Of a stretch of DNA of 64,000 nucleotides, positions 28,223 to 36,710 are shown piece after piece (the stretch's first letter is position 1; the number at the start of each line of letters is the position of its first letter). Origin of the DNA: an uncultured virus (IMG/VR IMGVR_UViG_3300009157_000020) (taxonomy: Duplodnaviria; Heunggongvirae; Uroviricota; Caudoviricetes). The translations under genes were made by a program, and so were the position numbers. The notes below the pieces were generated by a model, which was given only the letters and a program-made list of their open reading frames with translations, did no database searches and had not been told where the DNA came from. The DNA lies in the IMG/VR virus record IMGVR_UViG_3300009157_000020; one strand, given 5' to 3'.

Positions 28223-29083
28223 TCACCGCGGTCTCGACGTCTTCTTCACGATCGTGTTCTTGGGACCATCGCGAAAGCTGTACCGCCCATCCTTGGACGT
28301 CACACGCCGCACGTTCGGCGTCGCGAACGATTCCGGCTTGTCCGCTGCCGCCAGCTTTGCGTACGTGTTCTGAGCACGAACACGCGGATCTTCGTTGCGG
28401 TCCTCGCTCAGCTTGGCGAACGGAGCCCACTTGTCCCACTTGCATCCGTGCAGCTGCGCCTTCGAACCGGCCTTGTGGTACGGCCTTGTGGGAACCTTGT
28501 GGATTTCCTGATCGAGAGCAGCCCCGACATCGATCGCTGTCTGCCGCTTGCTGTACTCCTGCTGAGCCCAGTAGCGGTAAATGATGATGTTGGCACACGG
28601 CCCTGCCGCGACGAGAAACGGCTTGTCGATGCCGAGCATCTGGCTGACGACCGCGTCGATCTCCCACTTCTGCGAGACGCCGTTCGCAGGCACAACGATG
28701 TCGCAGGCACCGCTGCCGATCAAGACGGCGTTGTTGAAGCGCTTTCGCAGCGCTCGCCACCGCTTGTAGTTCTGGGCCTGGAAGATCGTCGCAAAGGTCG
28801 TCTTCTCCACAGCGGCGAAGCGGCGGTAGTACTCCGCCGCTTGCGGTGTGCAACACGGCGGCGAGATGCCGAGGTAGAACCCATCGACGTCGCACTTGAG
28901 GACCTCGAACAGCTCGTCCTTGAACCACACGTCGTTGCCACGAGACGTCCACTTCGAGGCTGCTCGGTACGGCAAGCCGTTGAGGATCGCGTGCTCGCCA
29001 TCGTGGAACCGAACGAACGCGAACGGTTCGCGCTCATTCACGATGGCGTCGAAGTCCTTGACGAAGTCGTGGGTGAACTTCAT
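28223..29083 (-). CDS. GT-D fold (DUF1792-like) glycosyltransferase
   Basis: FAFVRFHDGE, LVAAGP, IDVGAALD. Confidence 0.7.
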   Translation of the reverse strand: MKFTHDFVKDFDAIVNEREPFAFVRFHDGEHAILNGLPYRAASKWTSRGNDVWFKDELFEVLKCDVDGFYLGISPPCCTPQAAEYYRRFAAVEKTTFATIFQAQNYKRWRALRKRFNNAVLIGSGACDIVVPANGVSQKWEIDAVVSQMLGIDKPFLVAAGPCANIIIYRYWAQQEYSKRQTAIDVGAALDQEIHKVPTRPYHKAGSKAQLHGCKWDKWAPFAKLSEDRNEDPRVRAQNTYAKLAAADKPESFATPNVRRVTSKDGRYSFRDGPKNTIVKKTSRPR

Positions 29084-30420
29084 CCGACTCCCGCCTCGGA
29101 CTCATCCTCATCCCCAGCTTCGAAAGCGCACAACGGCGTCCAGCCGACCTGCCGATACGCGGTGTACAGCTCGCGCCGACGGAAGATGGCGTCCTTGCCA
29201 CCACGTCCCGCTTCGAGTTGCATCCGCCACGTCACCGAGCGATCGGTAACTGGTGGTTCGAGCATCCCCCAGTTCTCGGTGTTGCCCTGCTCGTACGGCA
29301 GCACGATCGTCAGCACGTCTTGAGTTTGCAGCGCTGCCGCGAGGTGGATGTCCCAACCCATGCGACCGTCACCGAAGAACGGGTTGGCGACGACAGCTGG
29401 CAACAAGTCGCGCCGAAGCACCCAGCCCTGTCGTCCGATGTCGACTTCCATCTCCTCGTCGCGGGGCATCTGCGGACCGAGGACCATACGGTCGTCTGGG
29501 TTGTCGCTGCGGAAGATTTCCCCCGCTGCGGCGACGCAGAGGGTGCCACCCTCGGGATCGGCTTCAGCGACCTTGATACGTTCGAGCGCCGATTCGAGCC
29601 AGCGAGGGCCGGGGATCGTGTCGTCGTCGAGGAAGCACACGTACGTCGTCGGAGCGAAGAGTCCTTCGCGGTACCGCGGCCATGCGCCGTGGTTGGTGTT
29701 CGAGCGAATGACCGTGCCCTGCAGCGAAGACATCACGCGCGCGTCCTGAGCGACCTCACCAGCGTTGGCCCACATGATCATGTGAGCCGGTTGCACCGTT
29801 TGATTGAAGAGCGCTTGCAGCTGACGCTTGAGCTGACCCGGCCGCTCGAAGATGGTGAGGATCACCGTAACATCTTCGCGACGCACACCTGACTGTTGCT
29901 GCACAGGCTCGGTCGGTACGTGCGACGGCTCGTACTGCTGCGGCTGCACGAGCTCTTGCGGCACGACACGTGGTTGCATCGTCGTGCGCTGACCACTCCC
30001 GTAACCCTGCTGCGGCACCATCGGATTCGGTCGAGGTTGCGACCGCACGACAGTAGTGCGATCGGGGTTCGAGGTGATCTGCACACCCGATCGAGCAGTC
30101 GTCGATGGCGAGACCTTCTTGACGTGTTGGTTGCCCCCACTCGTCTTGAACGTTCCGCCTCGATTGCGCTGCGCCGGCGTCGGTTGTTGCGCGACCGGTT
30201 TGCCTCCGACCAGCGTTGCTCGAATCTCGAAGTCACCCGTTGCACGAGGTACCGGACCCGTAGCTTGACCTTGCTGCGCTGCAGCGGCGGCCTGCTCTTG
30301 TGCCCCCTTGTTGAGGTTCTTCATCTGCGCTGCTTGTCGAGCTTGCGCAGCTCGTTGACGTTGCATCTTGCGGCCACCAGGCATGCCGAGACCGTAACCT
30401 ACCTGGTAGGTAATCGTCAA
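29080..30420 (-). CDS. GT2-like protein with long Q/P/R-rich N-terminal extension
   Basis: VTVILTIFERP, CFLDDDTIPG; start uncertain (may be 30384). Confidence 0.75.
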   Translation of the reverse strand: MTITYQVGYGLGMPGGRKMQRQRAAQARQAAQMKNLNKGAQEQAAAAAQQGQATGPVPRATGDFEIRATLVGGKPVAQQPTPAQRNRGGTFKTSGGNQHVKKVSPSTTARSGVQITSNPDRTTVVRSQPRPNPMVPQQGYGSGQRTTMQPRVVPQELVQPQQYEPSHVPTEPVQQQSGVRREDVTVILTIFERPGQLKRQLQALFNQTVQPAHMIMWANAGEVAQDARVMSSLQGTVIRSNTNHGAWPRYREGLFAPTTYVCFLDDDTIPGPRWLESALERIKVAEADPEGGTLCVAAAGEIFRSDNPDDRMVLGPQMPRDEEMEVDIGRQGWVLRRDLLPAVVANPFFGDGRMGWDIHLAAALQTQDVLTIVLPYEQGNTENWGMLEPPVTDRSVTWRMQLEAGRGGKDAIFRRRELYTAYRQVGWTPLCAFEAGDEDESEAGVG

Positions 30421-31106
30421 CCTGGGATCTGGTCACGCGCACGAAGCAAGTACTTCGTCGGATTGAGCAACGCCGATGGAGCTCCCCGAGACTTGTACCA
30501 AGGGTAGTTTCTGGTCACGCACCCGGCGTACGTTTCGAAGTGCAGCATGTAACTGCCGCCAGACATCAAAGCGATCTTCGCAAGAGGTTGTCCTGTTTCG
30601 ACACGAGATCCCGGGGAGATGCCGTAGTCGCGCCAGGAGTTGCGAGCGATCTCGCCGTAGTTGATCGTGATTCCACTGTCGGTGCACAAGTACAACGACC
30701 ACGCTCCGTGGAAGAACGTACGCATCGCTGTGACGGTGCCCTTCTCCATCGCGAGCACGGGGTCGCCAACGTTTGCGTACAAGTCGATGCCGGCGTGGTA
30801 CCGAGAATCTCGGTCAGCTCCGAATCGACGTGCCCAGTTGCCGATCGCTGAACCGGTCACCGATCGATACGAAACGATGCGTTCTCGACGAGAGCTGAGT
30901 GGCCAGATCGGGCACGCACCGCCTTGCGCAAACGGGACACCACGAAACTGCTCGGGCTCGGGACCAACAAAGCCGCATCGACGCGGAGCTGCAGGAGCGA
31001 ACAGTCCATCCTTCTTGGTTTCCCCGAGCGCCAAGGCGAGCGCGCCGCCGATGAGGCCCGCTCCGATGACCCACTCGGTTGTCGAGATCTCGTCGATCCA
31101 GCTCAC
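30417..31106 (-). CDS. M23-family metallopeptidase with N-terminal TM (paralog of 14809-15717)
   Basis: HAGIDL, INYGE, MLHFE. Confidence 0.85.
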   Translation of the reverse strand: MSWIDEISTTEWVIGAGLIGGALALALGETKKDGLFAPAAPRRCGFVGPEPEQFRGVPFAQGGACPIWPLSSRRERIVSYRSVTGSAIGNWARRFGADRDSRYHAGIDLYANVGDPVLAMEKGTVTAMRTFFHGAWSLYLCTDSGITINYGEIARNSWRDYGISPGSRVETGQPLAKIALMSGGSYMLHFETYAGCVTRNYPWYKSRGAPSALLNPTKYLLRARDQIPG

Positions 31107-31118
31107 CGAGTGAGCGTA

Positions 31119-31592
31119 TCAGGTCGACGGATCCGTCTCCACGGGGTCGATACGGAGGACCGGAGCATCCTCTTCTTCCGGTTTCTCGACGGATTCAGCC
31201 ACGCCGATCGAGGCACCGACAAACGCCACGTCTTGAACCTCGACTTCTTCAGGGTCAGAAATCGTTTCTTCCGGCTCCACCGCTTCGGGGTCACCCCAGA
31301 AGGATCGCTCCAAGAGCGCGACGAGCTTCTCGATGAGCTCGCGATCTTTCGCCGCGAGTTCGAGGTAGCGTGGGGAAATCTTCGGACCCACCGGTCCCGG
31401 AGACGGCGTCGTGCTCAACCGACGCGGCGGTCGAAACAACAACTTCGGTGCCGGCAGTCCATCAGCCTCTTTGCCGTTGCCGTTGCTGCTACCACGACCA
31501 AGCAGTTGGGACACACGTTCCCGAACACTGCCGGACTTCTTCTTTTTCTTCTTGGCTTTGCCGGTACCGAGGGTGTAGCGCGGGAGAGACAT
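31119..31592 (-). CDS. hypothetical protein, basic N-terminus and acidic C-terminus
   Basis: 157 aa ORF coupled to upstream gene. Confidence 0.6.
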   Translation of the reverse strand: MSLPRYTLGTGKAKKKKKKSGSVRERVSQLLGRGSSNGNGKEADGLPAPKLLFRPPRRLSTTPSPGPVGPKISPRYLELAAKDRELIEKLVALLERSFWGDPEAVEPEETISDPEEVEVQDVAFVGASIGVAESVEKPEEEDAPVLRIDPVETDPST

Positions 31593-31933
31593 CAGCTTTC
31601 TTCTTTCTTCTGTTCGAGTTTCTTGAGGCGGTCTTCGAGCTCATCGATGCGAACCGACATGCGGTCGAACTCTTGAGCTGTGAAGAACCAGTTCATCCGG
31701 ATGGCATCGATCAACACGCCGTACACACCCATCTGGGGATTTCGTCCTGCTTGTGTGTACACGTTCTTGATCGTCGGCATCACCTTATCGAACAGCTCTG
31801 CAGGTGTCTTGCCCATCGGCAACGCGATGTAACGTCCACCGAGATCACCAACAGACAGATGCGCCAGCGTCTTGTCGTCGGTGTCGTAGTTGCTCACCGG
31901 TCCGAGCCAGTACATGGACACGATCGTCGTCAT
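31592..31933 (-). CDS. hypothetical protein
   Basis: 113 aa, coiled-coil C-terminus. Confidence 0.65.
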   Translation of the reverse strand: MTTIVSMYWLGPVSNYDTDDKTLAHLSVGDLGGRYIALPMGKTPAELFDKVMPTIKNVYTQAGRNPQMGVYGVLIDAIRMNWFFTAQEFDRMSVRIDELEDRLKKLEQKKEES

Positions 31934-32376
31934 TTGCCCACCTTGTGTCTGTCGATCTTGTTGGCTTCACCGATCCACTTGACGAGCTCTTCGAGTTGAT
32001 TGAGCTGCACCGTCGTCACCGGCAAGTGCTTCTGGAAGTGCTTGGGTCCGACATCGAACGTCAGCAAGAAGCCTTCGAGACCCTTCGGGGCTGCACCACA
32101 TTCGAGCACCCAGTTGGGTGGCAACGGAATCGCTCCGATGATCCCCCGTGCAGCCTTGTACTTGAAATTTTCCTTGAACACTTCGGTGCCAGGAAACGCT
32201 TCGACGACTTCAGCAAGCGACGCCATCGATTTGTCGAGAACGGTCTTGCGTTCGTTGGGTGTCCCGTCGACGTTCCATCGAACGGTGAGCGTCGTCTGTC
32301 CACCACCCGAGTACGACTCGATGCGGAAGAAACTCGGTAGGTCGATGGCAGGAATGAACTTCGCCAAGATGCTCAT
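31930..32376 (-). CDS. hypothetical protein
   Basis: 148 aa, ATGA overlaps. Confidence 0.65.
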   Translation of the reverse strand: MSILAKFIPAIDLPSFFRIESYSGGGQTTLTVRWNVDGTPNERKTVLDKSMASLAEVVEAFPGTEVFKENFKYKAARGIIGAIPLPPNWVLECGAAPKGLEGFLLTFDVGPKHFQKHLPVTTVQLNQLEELVKWIGEANKIDRHKVGK

Positions 32377-32918
32377 CGCTTCTTCCTCTTCTTCTTCGCT
32401 TTCGATCTTGCCTTGGCCTTAGCCTTCACCTTGGCCTTCTTCTTGAGCGGTTGCTTGCGCTTCGCGTTGCGTTGTTTCTTCGCTGCGAGTTTCGTCTTCG
32501 CTCTCGGCTTGCGCTTGACGTCGAGCTTTGCTTTCGGCTTTTGCTTTTTCTTGCGCTTCGGTTTCGCGAGCAACGAACGTCCCGTCGCGAGGTTGCTCAA
32601 GTACTTGAGCGAACAACCGTACTCTTCTTGAATCTCCGCACGAGGCACTCCCTCTCGGAGCTTCGCGAGAATCTCTCGGCGCGGGTAGTACGGTTGCTTC
32701 GGTCGGATCTCCACATCTTGATCGACGAGCCAGCCGCGAACGACCTTGAGGTTGTTCGGCATGTGCGGCAGTCCGCAGATATCTGAGAGCGACCAAGGCT
32801 CTCGTTTCAACGTGTACAAGCGCCGAGCTTCGCGTCTGACCGCCTTCGGGTAGCGTTTTCCGGACGACTGCGTCACAGCACGTTCACCACGGCGAAGGGT
32901 ACGAAAATGGCGAGGCAC
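32373..32918 (-). CDS. HTH DNA-binding protein with Lys-rich tail
   Basis: Two HTH-like segments (WSLSDIC; GVPRAEIQEEYGCSLKYLSNL) and a K/A-rich C-terminus. Confidence 0.65.
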   Translation of the reverse strand: MPRHFRTLRRGERAVTQSSGKRYPKAVRREARRLYTLKREPWSLSDICGLPHMPNNLKVVRGWLVDQDVEIRPKQPYYPRREILAKLREGVPRAEIQEEYGCSLKYLSNLATGRSLLAKPKRKKKQKPKAKLDVKRKPRAKTKLAAKKQRNAKRKQPLKKKAKVKAKAKARSKAKKKRKKR

Positions 32919-33089
32919 AACAGGAGTAGGTGGAGAACGAAGCGATCACGCACGACGCCGGCAGGATCTCGTGGATCGCGCGATCCGTCAAGGCCCTGGC
33001 GAAAGTGGCTAAAACGGGCTTGTAGACCAGTTTTATCGCGATCTTACGAGCACTATTTTGGTAGGTGCATTTTTCAGGTAGAAAGGAAT

Positions 33090-33554
33090 GAACCGCATCT
33101 GGGAAGCGTCTCAGGGAAGGTAGCGGTTCCTGAAAACTGAATAGCTGAACGAAGCGTGCGGGAAGCTGAGTGCCCTCTGGGGTCGCCGCCGCGAAGGAAA
33201 GGGAGCTGAGATCCCCCTGCCCGTCCTCTTCTGGACCACTGGGCATCCTCGAATCGCTCACGGCTACGGCCGGAGATGCATCGAGCAGGTCTCCACGAGC
33301 GCCAGCGAGAGTCTGGCGAGCACGGTCTGAGCGAGGAAGAGCAGACGACCGAGCCTTGAGGGTGGCCCCGCCTCAACGGGGAAGCGACTGTCCGGGAGGA
33401 CAGCAGCCGAGCAGAGAACCGAGAGTTCGCGAAGTGACCGCCTGCAGAAGGCGGAACAGCACGCGAGCACAGAAGACCGAGTAGCTCTGCAACAACTGAA
33501 GAACAACAAGCGAAAACCCCGCGGCCGAGGCAACTCTGCTGCGGTCTTTTGTTT
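33090..33554 (+). ncRNA. candidate large structured non-coding RNA ending in a terminator-like hairpin
   Basis: About nine local hairpins plus long-range complementarities in a ~680-bp intergenic region with no convincing ORF. Confidence 0.5.
33519..33554 (+). terminator. intrinsic terminator-like hairpin
   Basis: CCGCGGC-CGAG-GCAA-CTC-T-GCTGCGG followed by TCTTTTGTTT. Confidence 0.6.
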
Positions 33555-33594
33555 GCCGTTCATTCGTAAAACCTAGAAAACCGAGAACAAGAAA

Positions 33595-33891
33595 ATGACC
33601 AAGAAGCTCCACACCCTTTGCGACATCACCTTCGAGGCCGTCAAGATCGACGAACGCATCACCGCTTACGGGGATCATCTCGTCGACTTCAACGCCGAGC
33701 TGAACACGGCAGCGGTGCTTGCCATCCTCGTCGCCGCACTCACCCTCATGATGTCCGGGCTCTATCTCCTCGTATGGCTGGTGCCGCTGTTCATGATTCC
33801 GAGAATCGTGTTCATGATTCGCCAACGCCGACACATCGACGAGATGCTCGCACGGTTGAACAGAGCACTCATCGAGTCAGACCTCATCTGA
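33595..33891 (+). CDS. 2-TM membrane protein
   Basis: 98 aa with long hydrophobic hairpin. Confidence 0.65.
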   Translation: MTKKLHTLCDITFEAVKIDERITAYGDHLVDFNAELNTAAVLAILVAALTLMMSGLYLLVWLVPLFMIPRIVFMIRQRRHIDEMLARLNRALIESDLI

Positions 33892-33951
33892 TTCGCACAC
33901 GAACACGGCCCCCGAGGGAACTCCGGTGCCGCATCGTGGACGACTCCACGA
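33890..33951 (+). repeat. intergenic hairpin element copy 1 (type A)
   Basis: CACGAACACGGC-variable stem with GGAA loop-GCCGCATCGTGGACGACTCCACGA. Confidence 0.9.
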
Positions 33952-33959
33952 CACAGACC

Positions 33960-34148
33960 ATGGAAAAATCCAAGATCACCCTCACGTACACGATCAACGA
34001 CCGCACCGACGAGCTCACCTCGACGTTCTACGTCGACGCCAAACTCTGTGCCGCAGACGCTTCGGACGCGGCGCATGAAAAGCTCTACGCGAAGTTCCCG
34101 AAGGCTCGCGAGATCCTCGTGCTCAATGAGGAGCTGGACCTCGCCTGA
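33960..34148 (+). CDS. small hypothetical protein (cassette)
   Basis: 62 aa, fills the space between repeats 1 and 2. Confidence 0.7.
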   Translation: MEKSKITLTYTINDRTDELTSTFYVDAKLCAADASDAAHEKLYAKFPKAREILVLNEELDLA

Positions 34149-34210
34149 ATCGCGCACGAGCACAGAGCACGAGGCAACTCGTGCGCTGTGTCGTGGACGA
34201 CTCTCCACGA
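34147..34210 (+). repeat. intergenic hairpin element copy 2 (type B)
   Basis: CACGAGCACAG-stem with GCAA loop-CTGTGTCGTGGACGACTC. Confidence 0.9.
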
Positions 34211-34217
34211 ACACGCC

Positions 34218-34508
34218 ATGAACGTCTACTCGAACTCCACCATCGAAGCCCAAATCGCTGAAGCCATGAAGCCGATGTGCGAAGCCATCGCGTTGGCTGC
34301 TGGCGTCAACCCAGAACAAGTTGAAGTCGGCTACAGCGCTGACGACCCGGAGTGCTGCTGGAACGTGCACATCACCGTCACGTTGAAGCGCACGAGACCA
34401 ACGAGAACCACCCGCATCCACAAGTGGGGACCATCCATCACAGAAGCCGCTCGACACGCTGTCGAGCACTACCGCGACGGCATCGCATTAGGAGACTACA
34501 AGAAATGA
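34218..34508 (+). CDS. small hypothetical protein (cassette)
   Basis: 96 aa directly after repeat 2. Confidence 0.7.
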   Translation: MNVYSNSTIEAQIAEAMKPMCEAIALAAGVNPEQVEVGYSADDPECCWNVHITVTLKRTRPTRTTRIHKWGPSITEAARHAVEHYRDGIALGDYKK

Positions 34509-34732
34509 AACTCTCACCAGCCCAACGAAGAGCGTTCGACGAACGCACGGACAACTGCCGCAAGAACAACACCATTACTGCCGCTCCGGCCACGATCGAC
34601 AGCTTGCGTCGCCTCGGCCTCGCGGGCCGAACGATCGAGCGCTTCGCCTTGAGAGAACAAGCTCCCCACGGGCGCTGGTTCAACCGTCAGTTCGTGACGG
34701 CTGAGCTAACGCCGGCGGGGCAAACCTTATGA
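34505..34732 (+). CDS. small protein, possible winged helix
   Basis: MKLSPAQRRA...TIDSLRRLGLA...ELTPAG. Confidence 0.6.
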   Translation: MKLSPAQRRAFDERTDNCRKNNTITAAPATIDSLRRLGLAGRTIERFALREQAPHGRWFNRQFVTAELTPAGQTL

Positions 34733-34796
34733 CTCGCGCACGAACACGGCGACCGAGCACATGCTTCGTCGCCGCATCGTGGACGACTCTCCACGA
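34731..34796 (+). repeat. intergenic hairpin element copy 3 (type A)
   Basis: CGGCGAC/GTCGCCG inner stem with the conserved flanks. Confidence 0.9.
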
Positions 34797-34814
34797 GAAC
34801 ACGAACACACGACC

Positions 34815-34973
34815 ATGGAAACCATCATCGACGTCCTTGTTACCGCCAACTCCACCCGCTCACGCACGACGCCTGTCGACCCTTGCGAAGAGATCGCCAT
34901 CGACTGGTTCGAGCGCAGTTTCTTCGACGGTGATGACCTCGCCGAACTCTACCTCGAAGAGGTAAATCGCTGA
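34815..34973 (+). CDS. small acidic hypothetical protein (cassette)
   Basis: 52 aa between repeats 3 and 4. Confidence 0.6.
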   Translation: METIIDVLVTANSTRSRTTPVDPCEEIAIDWFERSFFDGDDLAELYLEEVNR

Positions 34974-35032
34974 ATCGAGCACGAGCACAGGTCGCGACTT
35001 CGTCGCGGGCTGTGTCGTGGACGACTCCACGA
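34972..35032 (+). repeat. intergenic hairpin element copy 4 (type B)
   Basis: CGCGAC/GTCGCG inner stem with the conserved flanks. Confidence 0.9.
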
Positions 35033-35042
35033 ACACACGACC

Positions 35043-35405
35043 ATGTCACACACGATCACGATTGAAGTCGAAGATGATGACGGCAACTTCTCTGAGCTCG
35101 AACTCCCGACGTGTTGGGAGATCTGCACGAACTGCAAAGGCGAAGGTCACCACGTACACGACGCTCTCCGCGTCATGACGAGCTCCGAGTGGCACGAGGC
35201 CTGCTACGACGATGACGAGTTCGCCGAAGGCTACATGCGCGGCAACTACGACGTCCCGTGCGAAGACTGCAACGGCAGCGGCAAAGTTCGCGAAGTGGAC
35301 GAAGCGCGACTCACACCCGAGCAGCGCAAGCACTGGGAGTTCCACGTTCACTGCGAAAGCACGTATCAACAAGAACGCGAATCTGAACTCCGGTACGGCT
35401 ACTGA
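35043..35405 (+). CDS. acidic protein with DnaJ-type CxxCxGxG zinc finger
   Basis: CTNCKGEG and CEDCNGSG. Confidence 0.75.
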   Translation: MSHTITIEVEDDDGNFSELELPTCWEICTNCKGEGHHVHDALRVMTSSEWHEACYDDDEFAEGYMRGNYDVPCEDCNGSGKVREVDEARLTPEQRKHWEFHVHCESTYQQERESELRYGY

Positions 35406-35465
35406 ATCGAGCACGAGCACAGAGCACGAGGCAACTCGGGCGCTGTGTCGTGGACGACTCCACGA
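35404..35465 (+). repeat. intergenic hairpin element copy 5 (type B)
   Basis: Nearly identical to copy 2. Confidence 0.9.
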
Positions 35466-35475
35466 ACACACGACC

Positions 35476-35886
35476 ATGAAGATTCTCAAGCAAGCAGAGC
35501 TCATCACCGTCACCACCTACTCGCGGTGCTTCGACTGGTCCGACAAAGAGCCAAACTACGGCTACGCGTTCGACTGCGACAAGTACGGCAACCTCCTGCG
35601 ACCCTCGCTCTCGTTCGAGAAGTGCCTGACGGGCAGCGTCGACGGCACGCCGATCCTCGACAAGGGCGTCCGCAAACACGAGCACACGTATCGCGAACCG
35701 GCGATCGGCCAGTGCAATGCGTGTCGTCGACCGGTCGTGCTCGAAGGCTTCACGAACACGTGCGTGTGCAGCCTCGACTACAACAGCGCCGGACAGCAGC
35801 TCGCTCCGCGAGAACAGTGGGGGGAAGAAACCGGAGAAACCGCCTCGGACATCCTACTCGGCGGCGATGCCTGGGGAGAGCACTGA
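35476..35886 (+). CDS. zinc-ribbon hypothetical protein (cassette)
   Basis: CNAC...CVC..DYNSAGQQLAPREQWGEETGE. Confidence 0.7.
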   Translation: MKILKQAELITVTTYSRCFDWSDKEPNYGYAFDCDKYGNLLRPSLSFEKCLTGSVDGTPILDKGVRKHEHTYREPAIGQCNACRRPVVLEGFTNTCVCSLDYNSAGQQLAPREQWGEETGETASDILLGGDAWGEH

Positions 35887-36146
35887 TGACTCCTCTACCT
35901 CTGCCCCACACTCTCACGAAGCAAGTTGCCGTCGCAGAAGATTGGTACCCCACCGTCAACGGCCTCGTAGAAGTGAAGCTGTACTTCTACAGCAATGGTA
36001 TGCGTCGCGTGTGCGTCTGGGGTGGTGACGACTTCGGCATGGAGCTCGACACGTTCGATGACCTCCTCGCGAAACAGCTCTTCGCCCGCGTCAATCACCT
36101 CGTCACGCAAGCCGACCTTCGCTCCTGGGGCTTCGTCCCAGCTTGA
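35886..36146 (+). CDS. hypothetical protein
   Basis: 86 aa, RVCVWGGDDFGME; TGATG coupling. Confidence 0.7.
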   Translation: MTPLPLPHTLTKQVAVAEDWYPTVNGLVEVKLYFYSNGMRRVCVWGGDDFGMELDTFDDLLAKQLFARVNHLVTQADLRSWGFVPA

Positions 36147-36213
36147 AGCGCACACGAACACGGCGTCGAAGGCTCGCTTCGGCTCCGCATCGTGGACGAC
36201 TCAACGTTCACGA
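36145..36213 (+). repeat. intergenic hairpin element copy 6 (type A)
   Basis: GTCGAAG/CTTCGGC inner stem; core TCGTGGACGACTC. Confidence 0.85.
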
Positions 36214-36238
36214 ACCCAAAACACCGAAAGAAACACAC

Positions 36239-36640
36239 ATGAACAATCCTCTCGAACAGCTCGTTGGAGCGCTCACCCTCGGAGACCTCGCAGCACGCTC
36301 GGGCAAGAGCGTGGAGTCGATCGTCGATTTCGCGATGCGCGGTGGTAGTGCTTCTCCCAAGAACGGCGTGACCAAGACGGTGGCCGCGAAGGCCGTCAAG
36401 GTCGTGTCGTCGGCGTCCACTCAGGACGTCAACACGCGCACGCCTGCCGGACGCGATGCCTACGATGCAGCCGTGCTGACCTTCTTGAAGGCCAAGAAGG
36501 GAACGTGGGTCGGTGCCGGAGCAATCCGGAAGGCCGTCGGCGGCTCCGCGCTGCAGGTCCGCACCACCCTCAACCGCTTGCTCGAAAACAAGGGCGTCTC
36601 GTACAGGGGACAGGCACGCAGCACGCAGTACCAAGCGTAG
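36239..36640 (+). CDS. putative winged-helix nucleoid-type DNA-binding protein
   Basis: AVLTFLK...AGAIRKAVGGSALQVRTTLNRLL...GQARSTQY. Confidence 0.65.
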   Translation: MNNPLEQLVGALTLGDLAARSGKSVESIVDFAMRGGSASPKNGVTKTVAAKAVKVVSSASTQDVNTRTPAGRDAYDAAVLTFLKAKKGTWVGAGAIRKAVGGSALQVRTTLNRLLENKGVSYRGQARSTQYQA

Positions 36641-36701
36641 AAACGCACACGAACACGGCGGTCGAGTTCGCTCGACCGTCGCATCGTGGACGACTCCACG
36701 A
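36640..36701 (+). repeat. intergenic hairpin element copy 7 (type A)
   Basis: CGGCGGTCGAG-TTCG-CTCGACCGTCG with the conserved flanks. Confidence 0.9.
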
Positions 36702-36710
36702 AGAACACCC

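Noticed and set aside
33150..33490. Group II intron (GTGCG at 33156), RNase P RNA or tmRNA
   Set aside because: No domain V, no GAGGAAAGTCC signature and no tRNA-like ends could be found.
33890..36701. CRISPR array
   Set aside because: The intervals are about 170-680 bp and contain whole ORFs, the repeats have variable interiors, and there is no cas operon; the Cas4-like nuclease sits in the replication module.
33890..36701. Canonical integron attC sites
   Set aside because: No RYYYAAC/GTTRRRY cores and no adjacent IntI; the recombinase in the window lacks an evident IntI-specific insertion. Kept only as an architectural analogy.
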